This document shows positions 36,690-51,059 of a stretch of 64,000 nucleotides of DNA, in pieces. Every line of letters starts with the position of its first letter. Position 1 is the first letter of the stretch. Both the position numbers and the translations under genes were made by a program. Source of the stretch: Mobula hypostoma (taxonomy: Eukaryota). The stretch covers positions 18,416,001-18,480,000 of the forward strand of contig NC_086118.1 in NCBI RefSeq assembly GCF_963921235.1, read 5' to 3'. A model generated the notes under the pieces. The model searched no databases, was not told the origin of the DNA, and was given only the letters and a program-made list of their open reading frames with translations.

Positions 36690-37912
36690 CATATAATCAT
36701 ATAACAATTACAGCAGGGAAACAGGCCATCTCGGCCCTTCTAGTCCGTGCCAAACTCTTATTCTCACCTAGTCCCACCGACCTGCACTCAGCCCATAACC
36801 CTCCATTCCTTTCCTGTCCATATATCTATCCAATTTAACTTTAAACGACAACATCGAACCTGCCTCAACCACTTCTGCTGGAAGCTCGTTCCACACAGCT
36901 ACCACTCTCTGAGTAAAGAAGTTCCCCCTCATGTTACCCCTAAACTTTTACCCTTTAACTCTCAACTCATGTGCTCTTGTTTGAATCTCCCCCACTCTCA
37001 ATGGAAAAAGCCTATCCACATCAACTCTATCAATACCCCTCATAATTTTAAATACCTCTATCAAGTCCCCCCTCAACCTTCTACATTCCAAAGAATAAAG
37101 ACCTAACTTGTTCAACCTTTCTCTATAACTTAGGAGATGAAACCCAGGCAACATTTTAGTAAATCTCCTCTATACTCTCTCAATGTTATTGACATCTTTC
37201 CTATAATTCGGTGACCAGAACTGTACACAATACTCCAAATTTGGCCTCACCACTGCCTTATGCAATTTCAACATTAGATCCCAACTCCTATACTCAATGC
37301 TCTGATTAATAAAAGCCAGCATACCAAAAGCTTTCTTCACCACCCTATCCACATGAGATTCCACCTTCAGGGAACTATGCACCAGTATTCCTAGATCCCT
37401 CTGTTCTACTGCATTCTTCAATGCCCTACCATTTACCATGTATGTCCTATTTTGATTAGTCCTACCAAAATGTAGCACCTTACATTTATCGGCATTAAAC
37501 TCCATCTGCCATCTTTCATCCCACTCTTCTAACTGGCCTAAATCTCCCTGCAAGCTTTGAAAACCTATTTCATTATCCATAACTCCACCTATCTTAGTAT
37601 CATCTGCATACTTACTAACTCAATTTAACACCCCATCATCCAGATCATTAATATATATGACAAACAGCATTGGACCCAGTACAGATCCCTGAGGCACACT
37701 GCTAGACACCGTCCTCCAATCTGACACACAGTTATCCACCACTACTCTCTGGCGTCTCCCATCCAGCCACTGCTGAATCCATTTTACTACTTCGATATTA
37801 ATGCCTAACGACTGAACCTTCCTAACTAACCTTCCATGTGGAACCTTGTCAAAGGCCTTACTGAAGTCCATATAGACAACGTCCACCGCTTTACCCTTGT
37901 GAACTTTCCTAT
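36690..37912 (-). mobile_element. CR1 LINE RT/3' fragment
   Basis: [47 protein letters not shown]; tail catataatcatataac. Confidence 0.92.
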
Positions 37913-39662
37913 CATGCTGTGCTTGAGGGGGACATTGGATTTCAGTGCATATCCTATTATTTGGCATTAAAATCTCCAGCTGCATGTTCATCTGGTGGTT
38001 TTATCCATGTACTGCAGTATTCAAGCATTCTTAGCAAGCCGTCACCATTGACAAGTGAGCATACCATTTACAATCATAATTTCCCTTCCTGCACTAATCA
38101 GAAGGCTACCATTTCCCATTCCTCAAATGAATCAATGAGACCCTTAGTCAGTCAGGGCTTTCTTTCTGACTATGTATATTACTACAGACAAAGAAAACTC
38201 ATAAATAATCTCAGTTTTAATTCCCTATGACTTTTCTCTTTGGTTTACTCACAGCAATTATCCAGGGATTAATTTTAAATTCCTATATATCCCAGCCCAT
38301 AAACACTTTCAGCCCTTGCATTAACTTAATTTGTTTAAAGTATCATTAAAATACTATTAATTTTGACCATTGAATAATAAAGATGGGCAGCACCTTCTTA
38401 AGACAATGACAATTAGCCCATCACAAACCCAAAGGGAAATCGCTTTCAGCTCAAATGATTGCAAAATGATGAAGCTGATGAATAGGATTGTTACAACATG
38501 AATGAAAATTGTACTGTAGCTGCCAAGAAGTTTTCACAATTTTCATTCTTCATATTATTGATGGGGAATTTTCATTAAATAATGTTGAAATTCTCTTTGA
38601 GTTTGTATCAGCTTCAAGACAAATATACCAATATTTATAAAATATTCCCTTAGCTGTACATAGTGGGAAAATATGATTTAGTTTTCAGCTTAGCTAGCCT
38701 TTAATCCAGGTAGGAAATGAATGATATAAGAGTTGACTAAACATTGAAGGATTTAATAAAATTGTAGGAATTGGTAACTATTATGCATAAACAGAATATA
38801 TTAAAAAGAAGTTATCAAGATAAATTGCACTCTGGAATTCAATTTTACTTTGCATTGTTTCATAAGGACGAGTGAGTGAGCTAATCATTAATGGAAAAGA
38901 TCCTGTTAATAATTTAAGCTTAATATGTACTTGAATAGCTAGTAATAACTAGTAATATAATGCAATGACTGTAAAGTGATAAGGATTTATATGGCCTTTT
39001 TATTACAGGATGAAAAAAACACACATTAAAGGTGCTCTATCAATGATGGATACACTTAGAAATGTTTGCCCCAAGACACTACACCAACTATTAAGTAGCA
39101 GAATATCTGTATCTGTTAGTGGCCACTTTAGTTGGCATGTTCCCATTATGCACCTTTTAAATGTGCAACACATAACAGTGGCCTTGTGATACGCTGGCTG
39201 AGGTTATAGATAAGACTTTGGTTTGGTATAAACACTGAACATCCAGACAATGACAGAGACAATACATGCAGACAAGGCTGGCTGGTCACTCATGGATACT
39301 CCGACTCTGCATCCATGTCTCAGCTAGTTCATCAAAGAAAACAAGTGTGTTATATATACAGGCTGCCCAGCAATATAAGGACTTGTCCTGTACTTTCCAA
39401 GGATCTCTGGGAGAGCTGTAAGTTCATTTTCTTAATTGCAGCAAATACCTGTAGTTTGAATTTCCATTACTTCCGGGGCTCCAACATAGATGAACCTATT
39501 GACAGCTCTCATTGAAAATGATGGAAAATATCAAATATTCTCATTTTAACCTACTGCGGTGGAGAACCACGGCTTCATCTATGATGTGTGTGGTCAATTA
39601 TGAAGTTCTAATGTGATTGAATGATCTATGTTGCTTAAATCCGATGGAAATAGACTGGGAAA

Positions 39663-39811
39663 CAGACGCAGAAAATGCTGGGGTCCTGCCGAAGGGTTTG
39701 GGCCTGAGACGTCGACAGTACACTTTTCCTGGGTGCTGCCTGGCCTGCTGAGTTCCTCCAGCATTTCGTGCGTGTTGCTAGGATTTCCAGGACTTGCAGA
39801 TTTTCTCTTGT
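39663..39811 (+). mobile_element. Miniature PLE-derived element with short inverted arm and TSD
   Basis: Short inverted arm cagacgcagaaaatgctgg, degenerate hammerhead gtcCTGCCGAagggtttgggcctGAGAcgtcgac, then the 3' tail. TGGGAAA occurs at 39656-39662 and 39812-39818. Confidence 0.75.
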
Positions 39812-39819
39812 TGGGAAAT

Positions 39820-41140
39820 AAGCTGGTCTGTGGCCGGCACAGTGCCCCTTTAAGAAGCCGCCAGCAAAAGAGGGCTCGACGTGCTGGTCTGACGATGCAT
39901 TTTTAAAAAAAACACGAGGTTTTTGACTTCTATACCAACTATCTTGCTGGCAAATGTGCAGTCTCTGGTAGATAAATTTGACGATCTCAGAGCTAGGGTG
40001 CTGGATCAGAGGGACATTAGGTACATATGTGTCTTTTGTTTTACGGAATCTTGGTGACTCCCTTCCGTGCTGACCACAGCGATTCCGATAGAAGGGTTCA
40101 CAACACATCATCAAGATAGGTCGGTCGAGTCTCTCAGAATTAGAGGTGGAGATATATGCCCCATGATCAACTCCTTGTGGTGTACTAGTGTGTCAGTGAT
40201 GTCCCAATATTGCTCCACCAGACCTGGAATTCCTCGCAATTAAGTGCCGGCCATTTTACCTGCTGCGAGGGATTTCAGCTATCTTTTTGGTAGTGGTACA
40301 TTTTGGTATATTCCATCTCAGCCTCATGTCAAACAGGCTGCAGATGAACTGAACGATGTATCCAACAGGCATCGAATAGCACATCCTGATGCCTTCCCTA
40401 TCATTTTAGGTTATTTTAACCAGCTTGATAAAGTCACTAAATATTTATCAACAAATCACCTGTGGTACCTCACTGGACCACTAAGTTCAAGAGTGCCATC
40501 CGTGCTGTTCCCCATCTACACTTTGGTAAGTCTGATCACCTGGCTGTACTTCTACTCCCTGGGTATAAGCAGAATCTGAAGACTGCAGCACCAGGAGCGG
40601 GACAGAGAAGATATGGACCAGGGAGGCACAGGAGCGCCTACAGGACTGCTTTGAATCAGTGGACAGGACTGAATTCAGGAAGTCATCTTTGAGCCTAAAT
40701 GAGTATTCTGCTGCAGAAAATCAAAATAAGTTGCAGAAACTTGTAAAATTAGTCAGCTCTGTCATGGGTTCCAGCCTCCATGGTAGCAAGACATCTTCAG
40801 GGAGCGATGCTTTAAGAAGGTGGTGTTCATCATTAAGGGTCTCCACCACCCTGTCCTCTTTGCAGTGTTACCATTAGTTAGGAGGTACTGAAGCCTGAAG
40901 GCAACACTCAGCAATTCAGGAACAACTTCTTCTCCTCCGCCATCCGATTTCTAAATGGACATTATCTCACTACTTTTTTCATTTCTGATATTTTGCCCTA
41001 CTTATTTTAACTCATCCATATATATACGTACTTATCGTAACTTTTTTCTCTATATTTATTTGTCATATATTTCATTGTACTGCTGCCGTAAAGTTAACAA
41101 ATTTCACGACATATGCCGGTATACTAATTTTGATTCTGAA
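39820..41140 (+). mobile_element. Internally deleted Rex1/Babar-type LINE (APE region joined to 3' end)
   Basis: ILLANVQSL, HPDAFPIILG, HFGKSDHLAVLLLP, then a jump near 40705 to the C-terminal region and tail. Confidence 0.72.
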
Positions 41141-41909
41141 ATTCATGCAGAAAACAGATGCTATTAATACAATTCATTGTAAAATTGTATAATGGTTGGA
41201 GAAGAACTGTACTAATTTTGGCCAAAGCATATGAAGTTTGCCAGATTTAAATCAAGCAAAGATTATTGTTATAGGAATACCCTGATAAGATAACCATAGA
41301 AATGTACTCTATGTGCACATTCAGTATTGTTCAAAGGGGTTTGGCATAGACATATAACAAAAGTGTCTAAAACTTTTGCACACTACTTTAGTAATTATGC
41401 ATAGCACTATACTGCTGCCACGAAAAATAACAAATTTCATGACATATCTTGGTGATGATAACCCCAATTCTGAGAAAGGTCTCTCTTGTGGGTTGAGAGT
41501 GGGAAGGGTAAGGAGAGGGGCATCATGGTTGGGAATAAAGGAAAGGGAAGAAGAGGGAGTGGGAAGTACCAGAGAGACATTCTGTAATGATCAATAAACC
41601 AATTTTTTGGAATCAAATGACCTTGTCTGGTGTCTCATGGCTGGGGGTGCCAGTAACCCCCGCCACAGCATTCCTGCTCTGCCACCTATTCCATACCACT
41701 CCCAGAGTATTCCACCCTCACAATTCCCAACATGCTTTGCTCCCGCCAGATTTACGAGCTCGCTGTCTGCTCCACTTTGACAAATACAGTACTGTGTAAG
41801 AGTCTTAGGCACCCTAGATATATGTGCTGAACACTTCTGCATAGACTGTTTACACACCCACATAGAACATCGTGTTACAGTAGAGCAAGATATCGATTAG
41901 GCCACACTT

Positions 41910-42400
41910 AGAATGTTGTGTGCAGGATGGATGTGATTAAGTATCTGTCCATCCATCCCATGGAGTGGCATTTAGAACTGTGCACAATACTCCATGTGAT
42001 TAAGGTGAAGAAAAGACTCACAAGAATGTTACCAGGATTGGAGAGCTTGAGATACAAAGAGAGATTGGAAAGGTTGGGTATGTTTTTCCTGGAGCAAAAA
42101 AAGCTGAGAGGTGACATGATGGTCATATATAAAACTGTGGGAGACTTGGACACCCAAGCCTATTTCCTATGGTAGAAGTGACAAAAAATAGAGGGAGGAG
42201 GTTTAAATGGAAACAGAGAGGTAAACATATCACAAAAAGAGTAGTTGGTATCTGGAAGAGTAGTTGAGCTGAAGGCCAGAGGAGGTAGTGGAACCAGGAA
42301 CAGGAAGAAGCATCTGGACAGGTCTCAGAGCGACGTGAATTTGACGCAAACAATTGAGTGGCACAAGTGGTGGAATGAAGGCACTGTTTCTATGTTGTAT
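41910..42400 (+). mobile_element. Degenerate CR1 3' fragment
   Basis: TRMLPGLESLRYKERLERLGMFFLEQKKLRGD. Confidence 0.7.
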
Positions 42401-42489
42401 AACCGGCCAAAGATGCACAAACGCATAAACCTTTTATAGGTATAACATGAATTTTGTTTTCTTCCCCTTCTCTTGTAATGGGATGGATA

Positions 42490-43250
42490 TAGACTTTGGG
42501 AGAGGGATATTAGAGGTCCATGAGCCAGTTCTCACTGGAGGATCAGAGGTGGAGAGGGTTAGCAACTTTAAGCTCCTTGCTGTTACTATTTCAGAAGATC
42601 TGTCCTGGACCCAGCACGTAAGTGCATTTATGAAGAAAATACGGCAGTGCCTCTATTTCCTTAGGAGTTTGACAAACTTGTATAGATGTGTCATGCATAG
42701 TATATTGACTGGCTGCACCACAGCCTGGTATGGAATCGCCAGTGTCTTGGAACAGAAAATCCTAGAAAAGGTAGTGGATTTGGCCCGGTACATCAAGAGT
42801 AAAGCGCTCCTAACCATTGAGCATATCTACATGAAACACTGTCATAGGAAAGCAGCATCCATCATCAGAGATTCCAGCTGTCCAGGTCATGCTCTCTTTG
42901 TGCTGCTGCCCTTAGGTAGAAGGTACAAGATCCTCAGGACTCACACCACCAGGTTCATGAACAGTTACTACTCCTCAATCATGTCTCTTGTGTAAAAGGG
43001 GATAACTACACTCAACTTCACTTGCACCATCATGGGAACGTTCCCACAACTAATGATTTCACTTCTGAAGACTCTTTATCTCATGTTCATGTTATTTATT
43101 GTGATTTATTTATATTTGCATTTGCACAGTGTGTTGTCTTTGTTGATCCTGTTATAGTTACTGTTCTATAGATTTGCTAAGTATACCCACAAGAAAATGA
43201 ATCTTCGGGTTGTATATGCACTTTGATAATAAATTTACTTTAAACTTTTG
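42490..43250 (+). mobile_element. Rex1/Babar-type LINE 3' fragment
   Basis: GSEVERVSNFKLL...LSWT...LYFLRSL...ILTGCTTAWYG...RRYKILRTHTTRF. Confidence 0.82.
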
Positions 43251-43279
43251 TTTCCACAGAACTCATAGACTGACCTGTA

Positions 43280-43845
43280 TATTCTTGTAGCGGGCCCTCC
43301 ATTGGTTAAGGTGCATTCTAGCTGTTTAAATTGTTGGTGCAGCACCGTCAGTTGATATAAGCCGGGGCAGTACAATATGGAGAGGAAGCTGTTGCCCAGG
43401 CAGCAGGCTCCCCCTCTCCACACAGCTGATGAAGCCAAAGGAACGACAGAAACTGACACACCGTGGTACTTTGACAGCTGAACTAAATGCAGGACTGCCT
43501 TTGGGACTCCAGCCCCAGATTTTTTCTTCAGGGGTTTACTCCTGAAGCCTTCCCCATGAATGGGTATTGGCATAAGGCAGCGGAGGTTTGAGACCAGAGT
43601 TCCTCTCCTAGAAGAGCTGACAACCATGGCTAATGAGCACCATCTGCCCTGAGTAACTGGTAGATGCAAATAACACACCTTTGCCCCTTCTCCTGTCAGT
43701 AAAAACAGTTCTGCCAGGCCTGGCAGCTAAGCCATACTTGAAGGCCAGGGCTGGACTTGGTTTTCAGAGACTACCTGAGACACACACCATTGGGAGCATT
43801 TTATAGGTAGTGGAAGATTACCCCCTCTACCCTCTACTCCATCTC
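43280..43845 (-). mobile_element. RTE-type 5' UTR-like fragment
   Basis: Minus strand tctaggagaggaactctggtctcaaacctccgctgcctt...ggggaaggcttcaggagtaaacccc resembles RTE 5' regions as I recall them. Confidence 0.45.
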
Positions 43846-44254
43846 TAGCTACAACAACTTTAAAGAACCTGTATTTTAAACAGGATATGATTTATACTGA
43901 AATTGAATTATTGTGGCATTTCATCAAGATCACAAATATTGTCTTTGTAAAGTACCATAATGAACAAAGGAACTATTGTTGCCATTTCCATAACGTTCAT
44001 ACACATTGATATATCCTGTCTGAACCTAACCATGCTTAAAGATGATGTTTCACTATCCTTGTGAATGGCTAACGTTGTATTCAAGACAATCCACTGAATA
44101 TAAATTTGGGACAGTTGTAGAAACTTTCTGGAAGCTGGCTCCTAATCACTTACAATTGATCCACTCCAGTATTCAGAACCCAGAAGATGAAGTCACATCA
44201 GGAATTCACAGTGAATAATTTAGTTGAATTTACAATTGGCTTCACCATAGATGA

Positions 44255-45860
44255 TAGAAGGTAGTGGCCATATACTACTCTGAGATTCATTTTATTGTGG
44301 GGATTCATAGTAAACAAAAACACAATAGAATCAATGAAAAAAACAAACACAACAAAGAACGAAACATACACAACCAATGTGTAAAAGGCAGCAAACTGCG
44401 CAAATACAAAATAAACAAATAAACAAACAAATGAGCCATAAATAAAGAACATGAGTTGTAGAATCTTTTAAAATGAGTCCATAGGTTGTGGGATTAGTTT
44501 AGTGAGCAAAGTTGAGTGAAGTTATCCCCCCTGAGTCAGGAGCCTGATGGGTTGAGGGGTAATGATTGTTCCTGGGCCTGGTGGCATGGGACCTGAGGCT
44601 TCTGTGCTTCGTTCCTGGTGGCAGCAGCACGAAGAGAGCATGGCTGAGGTACTCAATGATGGATGCTGCTTTCTGGCGACAGTTCTCCTTGTACTCAATG
44701 GTAGGGAGGGCTTTACCTGTGACGGACTGGGATGTACCCACTATATTTTGTAGGCTTTTCCATTTGTGGAGGTGATGCAACCCGTCATTATACTCTCTTC
44801 CGCGTATCTATATAAGTTTGTCTATGTTTTAGATGACACAGCAAATCTACACAGACTTCTGAAAAAGTAGAGGCACTGTAATGCCTCTTATTTGCTGGAC
44901 CAATGACAGATACTCTAACATGATAATGCCAAGGTATTTAAAGTTGCTGGTCCTGTCCACCTCTGATCCCTCACTGGGCCATGAACCTCTGCTTTTCTCC
45001 TGTAGTCAATAATCAACTCTTTGGTTTTGCTGACATTGAGTGAGATGTTGTCATTGAGGCATGATTCAGCCAGATTTACAAACTCCCTCCTATATCTTGT
45101 TTGTCACTAGTTTGATTTGGCCAACAAAATTGGTGTCATCAGCGAACTTAAATATGGCGTGGGAGCTGTGTTTAGTCTCACACTCTAAGTATAAAGAGAG
45201 CCAATGAAATGGCATCTGCTGTTTCGGTGGGTGAATTGGAGTGGATCCAAGTCGCTCCTCAGGCAGGAGTTGGTATATTTCATCACCAGCCTCTCAAAGC
45301 ACTTCATCACAGTGGATGTAAGTGCTACTGGACAATCGTCATTGAGGCAGATTCTCCTTGGGCACCGGTATAATCGAAACCTGCCTGAAGCAGGTTGGTA
45401 CTCAAACTACTGAAGAGAAAGGTTAAAAATATCAGTGAACCCTCCAGCTAGTTGAAAAACATAGGTTTTCAGTACTCGGCCACGAACCCCCATCTGCGCC
45501 AGGTGCTTTCTGGGGGTTCACTCGCCTGAAAGATGCTGTCTTAGAGGCTGAAATCCCAGGGTCACCAGGAGTGGGAGTTTGTGAATGTGCTTCCATGTTT
45601 TGTCAGTCAAAGTCAGTCTAAAAGTCATCTGGGAGTGAAACCTTGTCATATTTTTTGCTTGGTTTCAGTTTGTAGGAGGTGATAGATTTCAAGCCCTGCC
45701 TCCATTCTTGAGAATCCTTCAATGATTCAAGTTTGGCCCAGAATTGCCCCTTTGCATGTGAAGTTGCTTTCTGGAGGTCATACCTGGAACTCTTGCATTT
45801 TACTTGGTCACCAGACCGAATGTCACTTATCTGGCTCTCAGCAGATCGCAGATCTAGATG
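44255..45860 (-). mobile_element. Degenerate Rex1/Babar-type LINE
   Basis: Minus-strand RPVALTSTVMKCFERLV, KFADDT and KAASII...LLPPG motifs, with internal deletions. Confidence 0.75.
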
Positions 45861-47174
45861 ATTTTGTGGGGACATTAATCCACAACTGAATCTCTTTTGT
45901 TATTTGGACAAAACTGTAAGTAGTCTATTTAGTAAGTATGTAGAAGACAAAAATTGTAGTTGCATACAGCGAGGAAGGTTGTCAAAGGATGTAAAGATCA
46001 ATTGGAAATTTGGGCAAAGACAACAGATGAAGTTTAATCCGTACGAATGCAAAGTGGAGCATTTTGGAGTCAAATACAAGTGAAAAGGCAGCACCCTTAG
46101 GAGCACTGAAGTGTAGAAGGATCTTGGGGTACGTCCATAGCTCCTTGAAATCAGCAGCGTGTGCCAAAGATTGTCCTCATTGTCTGGGTTACTGAATAAG
46201 CACTGGGAAGTTTTGTGAAGTTATAACTTTTTTGCACATAAAGTGATTGGTGCTGAAATTTGCTGCCAAACAAAGCAATAGAAACACATATGATCACAAT
46301 GTTTAAGAAGAGATTAGACAGACATATAAACAGGCTGTGAATAGAACGATATGGACAAGATGTAGGCAGACAAGTTTAGTTTAAAATGGCGTCACGATCA
46401 GCACAGATATTGTGGACAAAGGGCCTGTTCTTGTTCTGAACTTTGTCCCATGTTCTAAAACATTTGTAGCTGAGGCTATCATTTTATTTCTTTTGCTGTA
46501 GAACATTCCAAATAGATACCCACTACTGTTGAACTGTAAGCAGTTACCTACAATGTCTATGTTCTTCTCTTTGAGAACCTGCATAGGTTTTGTGCTGGTG
46601 TATGTCACGGTATGCACTAATTAGATGTTTTGCTGCAGCAGCATGTGAACTGAGGGAGAATACCATCTCTTCATCAGCACACCTGCACACAGTAATTGTG
46701 ACAGTTTGCAGTAAGCAAACACATTGTTATCTCCCTCCAGGAATCCACTTCCACATGTGAAGAATGTAAGGGTTTATTCACAATGAAAGAGTTAGTACAA
46801 CAGGTGCTTAATTCTGAAACAATTTAAGGACCACTTCAATTAATAGATTGGATTGCAAATTTCAAACAACCAACTGATAAAGACCCGCTCAGTTCCTCCA
46901 GCTGTGTGTTCAAGAAGAAAGGGTATATTGTGGCCTTGGAGACCTTTCCACTTCTACCAGATTCTGATTTTTTAAATGTTATCTGAAGGATTTTGACATA
47001 AAACAAAATGTTCAAAATGCAAGAAATAATAAAGAATAACCTGATAAAATCATGTCCTTTTTATATATGTGGACTGAAATAATCTATTGCCACAGATTAC
47101 TAATAATAATTCCCAGAGTTTGCTTGCTTTACTAAGTGCATAATAAATATATTTAACTATCCATAATACCTTAA

Positions 47175-47620
47175 AACATAGGAACAGAATTAGGCCATTA
47201 TGCCCATTGAGTCTTCTTGGCCATTCGATCATTGCTTCAATATTATCCCTTTTAATCCTATTCTCCTGCCTTCTCCAGTAACCTTTGATGCCCTTACTAA
47301 TCAATAACCTGTCAACCTCCAAATTAAGCATACCCAATGCCCTGGCCTCTACAACCATCTGTGGTAATGAATTCCACAGATTCACCATTCACTGGCTAAA
47401 GAAATTCCTCCTCATCTCTGTTCTAAAGCGACGTCCTTCTATTCTGAGGCTGAGCCCTCTGGTTCTAGACTATCCCACTATAGGGAACATCCTCTGCTTA
47501 CCATTCTATACAGGCTTTTCAATATTTGATAGGTTTCAATAAGATCCTGCACCCCCCCCCCCACTGCCCATTTCTTCTAAACTTAAGAAAGTACAGACCC
47601 AAAGCCATCAAATGCTTTTG
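47175..47620 (-). mobile_element. CR1 3' fragment
   Basis: VNLWNSLPQ; tail cataggaacagaattaggcc. Confidence 0.78.
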
Positions 47621-48505
47621 AGTTTACAATGCAGTTTGGAAGTTTGCAAATTGCAAAATTCTTAAAAGTAAGCACATCTCTAATTGATGTCTCTACCTCA
47701 GGAGCAAGAAAAAAAAGCTATAAGTAAAACATCAGAGCAGAGGGATAGATTTGTTTTTAAGAGCCATTTAAACAAATATAACAAATTGAATCATGGGTCA
47801 TCTTGGAGAGAATAATAATGTTGTTATCACTGAGGTTTAGCTACAAGAAGTCAACACTAGGAACGAGTTTACCAAAGTTCTATAGAAGAAATCAGTAAAA
47901 TGGCAGAGTGAAATGAGCAGTCTTTACAATTAAGGCTGAAATATTCTCAGTAATGAGACAGAATAAACTGCCAAGTAATCAGGTAAAGGTTATTTTGGTG
48001 GATAAAAATAAGGGGAAAATAATCACAGTGTATTACGAGTTTTGTGCAGGCACTGTAACCAATTCCCTGTCCCAGTAATGAGAATGGCTGAGGGATAGTA
48101 GAATAGATACAAGCAAAGGTTTAACTTCCATTTGTTTCCAGAGAGCCAGACTACTTTGTGGTGAACGTTCTAAGAAAGTCTTGATTGTGTATGGGACAGC
48201 AATGCTTGAAATGCTTCATAACCAACAAGTGAGGAGATCACAATAAATATATCATGAGTAATGAGATATGGTAGGCAAACTCTGATTGGGAGAGGAAAAG
48301 TTTGGAGAGATACAAATCAAACATGAGCAAATGGAATAAGCTTAGATGGTTATCTTGATCAGCACAGATGAAATGGGCCGAATGGCCTGTTTCTGTGCTA
48401 TATTATTCTAAGACTATAATAATAATTATAAGACCTGGTTAAACTTTGAAAGATGGAAATGAGAATTAACTGCAGTACTAACACTAAACATAGAAAAGGC
48501 TGCCT

Positions 48506-48730
48506 GCCATTCAGTAGGAGAGTGTTGGCATTAAACTGGCAAAAGTGTTAATAGTTAAAGCAACAAGATCAGTGAAAGATGCTCAAAAAATTTAATGTGA
48601 ATCAGAATCAGTTTACGCCTTTCAAAGGACTGAGAGTGTTGACATTAAACTGGCAAAAGTGTTAATAATTAAAGCAACAAGATGCTCAAAGATAATTTAA
48701 TGTGGTTCAGAGTCAGCTTATGCCATTCAG
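48506..48730 (+). repeat. Local two-copy tandem duplication (~110 bp unit)
   Basis: gagagtgttg(g/a)cattaaactggcaaaagtgttaata(g/a)ttaaagcaacaagat begins at ~48518 and ~48633. Confidence 0.8.
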
Positions 48731-49360
48731 AGGTAATAACGCTATTGATCAAAAAGCCAAAAAAGGATCAACATTAAGGTAAAAGATAAAGCTTGCATAG
48801 ACTAGCACAATTACTGGCAACAGGGGAAGGTGTGAAGAACAGCAAACATTAATCAAACATATTCAGAGCTGCAAAATCAAGGTCCTCGAAAGGGATATCA
48901 AAAAATCAAATGAAGACTGTGAACGAAGTGTGCTCAGAAACAATTTGTAAACTGATAATATTGATATTTACTGTAAATAAAAATAATGACAAATATGTTT
49001 AATAATTACTTTACATAAATAATGACTGTTCAGAAAGCAAGTAACGAGTTGATCAACCCAAGGAGGTCAACACCAAATCATGGAAGGGAATTCATGCAAT
49101 CAAAATATTGATTATGAAGAAGATAATCCCAGCAAAGAGCACCATCCCCGGGGCAGTTAATCTCATTTTACAAATTAAAAATAACAGGTACCAATGATGC
49201 AAATTTGTCATTTGGGAATTGTTAGCTTAGGCTGGAATATTATATCTGACACATGGCAGTTTAAGGAAAGCGAGGAATGTAAAGGGACAGTTTATACAAT
49301 GCCATAAATAGTGCCTGACCTGCTGAGTTCCTCCAGCATTGTGTGTGTGTGTGTGTGTTG

Positions 49361-50245
49361 TGTGACGAAAGCGGGTTACAAAAGTACACATAGACTAAGA
49401 TGTTAACTGTCCTGTGCTGGCACCAGTGGGATCAACAGTTGATCTGCCACCTGTCTTCAGGAGAGAGAGATAAGTAAGACAATGGAGAGACAATGTTAAT
49501 GAAGAGACGAGAGAGTTTAACGGAAGGAGACGCCGGTCTGAGTATTGTCAAGACCGGCTGCTTTTGAACCCTGAACTGTTTGAAGTGTGATGGACAGGCG
49601 ATACCCCAGCAGGGGGATAAAAAGGGACAGGTTCGCTAAGACAAGAGATACACGACACCACGAGGTAACGAGACCCTGGAAGTGGTGCACCCCTACAAGT
49701 CGGTGGGAGTTTTGGAGGTCTGGTCGCGGGTCCAGCCATAGACACACAGGGTGGAAAGATATGGTCGGCGGGAACCTGGTGTGTGTCCGCCCTTGCCTGG
49801 GTGCCGGGTTCACCACTGAAGAACGATCGTGTCTGGAACGGAGGGGTCACAGTCGGTGACCTCAGAAGACAGTACAAAGGGCTCGCCCGAAAGCTGACTG
49901 CGAGGAATATCGAAGGTCTGTGTGGAATCTGATTTGCATATTCATTCGTTCTCTCTCTCTCCGCAACGGCACAACGGCGATTACTGCGAACTGAACTAAA
50001 TTGAACTCGGTCACTTGTGATTGAACATTTTACCCCTAGACTGCGATAGAGCTGATTGACCCTATTATCCTAGTTCTGTGTACATGTGTGTTTATTCATT
50101 GCTAACCTGTTGCATTTATATCCTTACTATTAGAGTATTGTGTTGCTTATTTCTTTAATAAAACTTTCTTAGTTTCAGTAATCCAGACTCCAACTGAGTG
50201 GTCCATTTCTGCTGGTTTGGCAACCCAGTTACGGGGTACGTAACA
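49361..50245 (+). mobile_element. Solo LTR (885 bp)
   Basis: Ends TGTGACG...CGTAACA; 4-bp TSD GTTG (49357-49360, 50246-50249); TATA-like gataaaa near 49616 and AATAAA near 50157; no coding interior. Confidence 0.85.
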
Positions 50246-51059
50246 GTTGCAAAGAAATTATAGACCATTTAGTATAACATCTATTGACAGAACATTACTA
50301 TTCTATAGTTAACCACCTTGAAAATTTCCAGATGATCAGAGAAAGTCAGTGGGGTTTGTAAAAGTTGGGTCATGACTGATGATTTTGTCTTCATGTAGTG
50401 ATAGAACTAAATCCATGAATGTTATTTATGTGAATTATTGCAGACAGCGATTAGTTTAAAATGGGATCCTGCTTAGTGCAGACATCAGGGGCTGAAAGTC
50501 CGCTTCCTGTGCTGTACTGTTCTATGTTTTACATTTGATAAATCTTCTCAGAGAAGGTTGTTAGCTAAACCTAAAGCTCAAAGATAAACTCAAGAACTTC
50601 TGCAGATACTGGAAATCCAAAGCAACACATACAAAATGTATGAGGAGGTAAGACAAAAGGGTAAGAGAGATGTACCTACTTGAGTTACAAGAGGTAACCA
50701 AGCTGAGTCTACAGTGGGGCCAGAGCAATTCATTCTGCTTTGAATAACCTAGATGAGGGGATAGAAAGATACGCATCCAAACTTTCCAATGTTTAAAGAT
50801 TGGTGATATTGTTAGTAGTGTGAATGAATGCATTAAATTACATAGGGGTATTGATTGATTAAGGAAATACAGAAAATTGTGCTAAAATCATTTTAATGTC
50901 ATAAAATTAGAGAACATTCGAAATGATTAGAGTAGACATAGTGGCAATTCAAAGTAGTTTAGAGTTGTAAGTCAGAAAAATTTAAGCAAAATAGATATTA
51001 GAATTTGAGTCCTTTGTTTCTGGTGGGCTAGATGGAATGATAGATGTACGATAGATGCA

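Noticed and set aside
43424..43465. CTGATGA...GAAA spacing resembling a hammerhead
   Set aside because: No stem II or closing stem I can be formed; likely chance within an RTE-like fragment.
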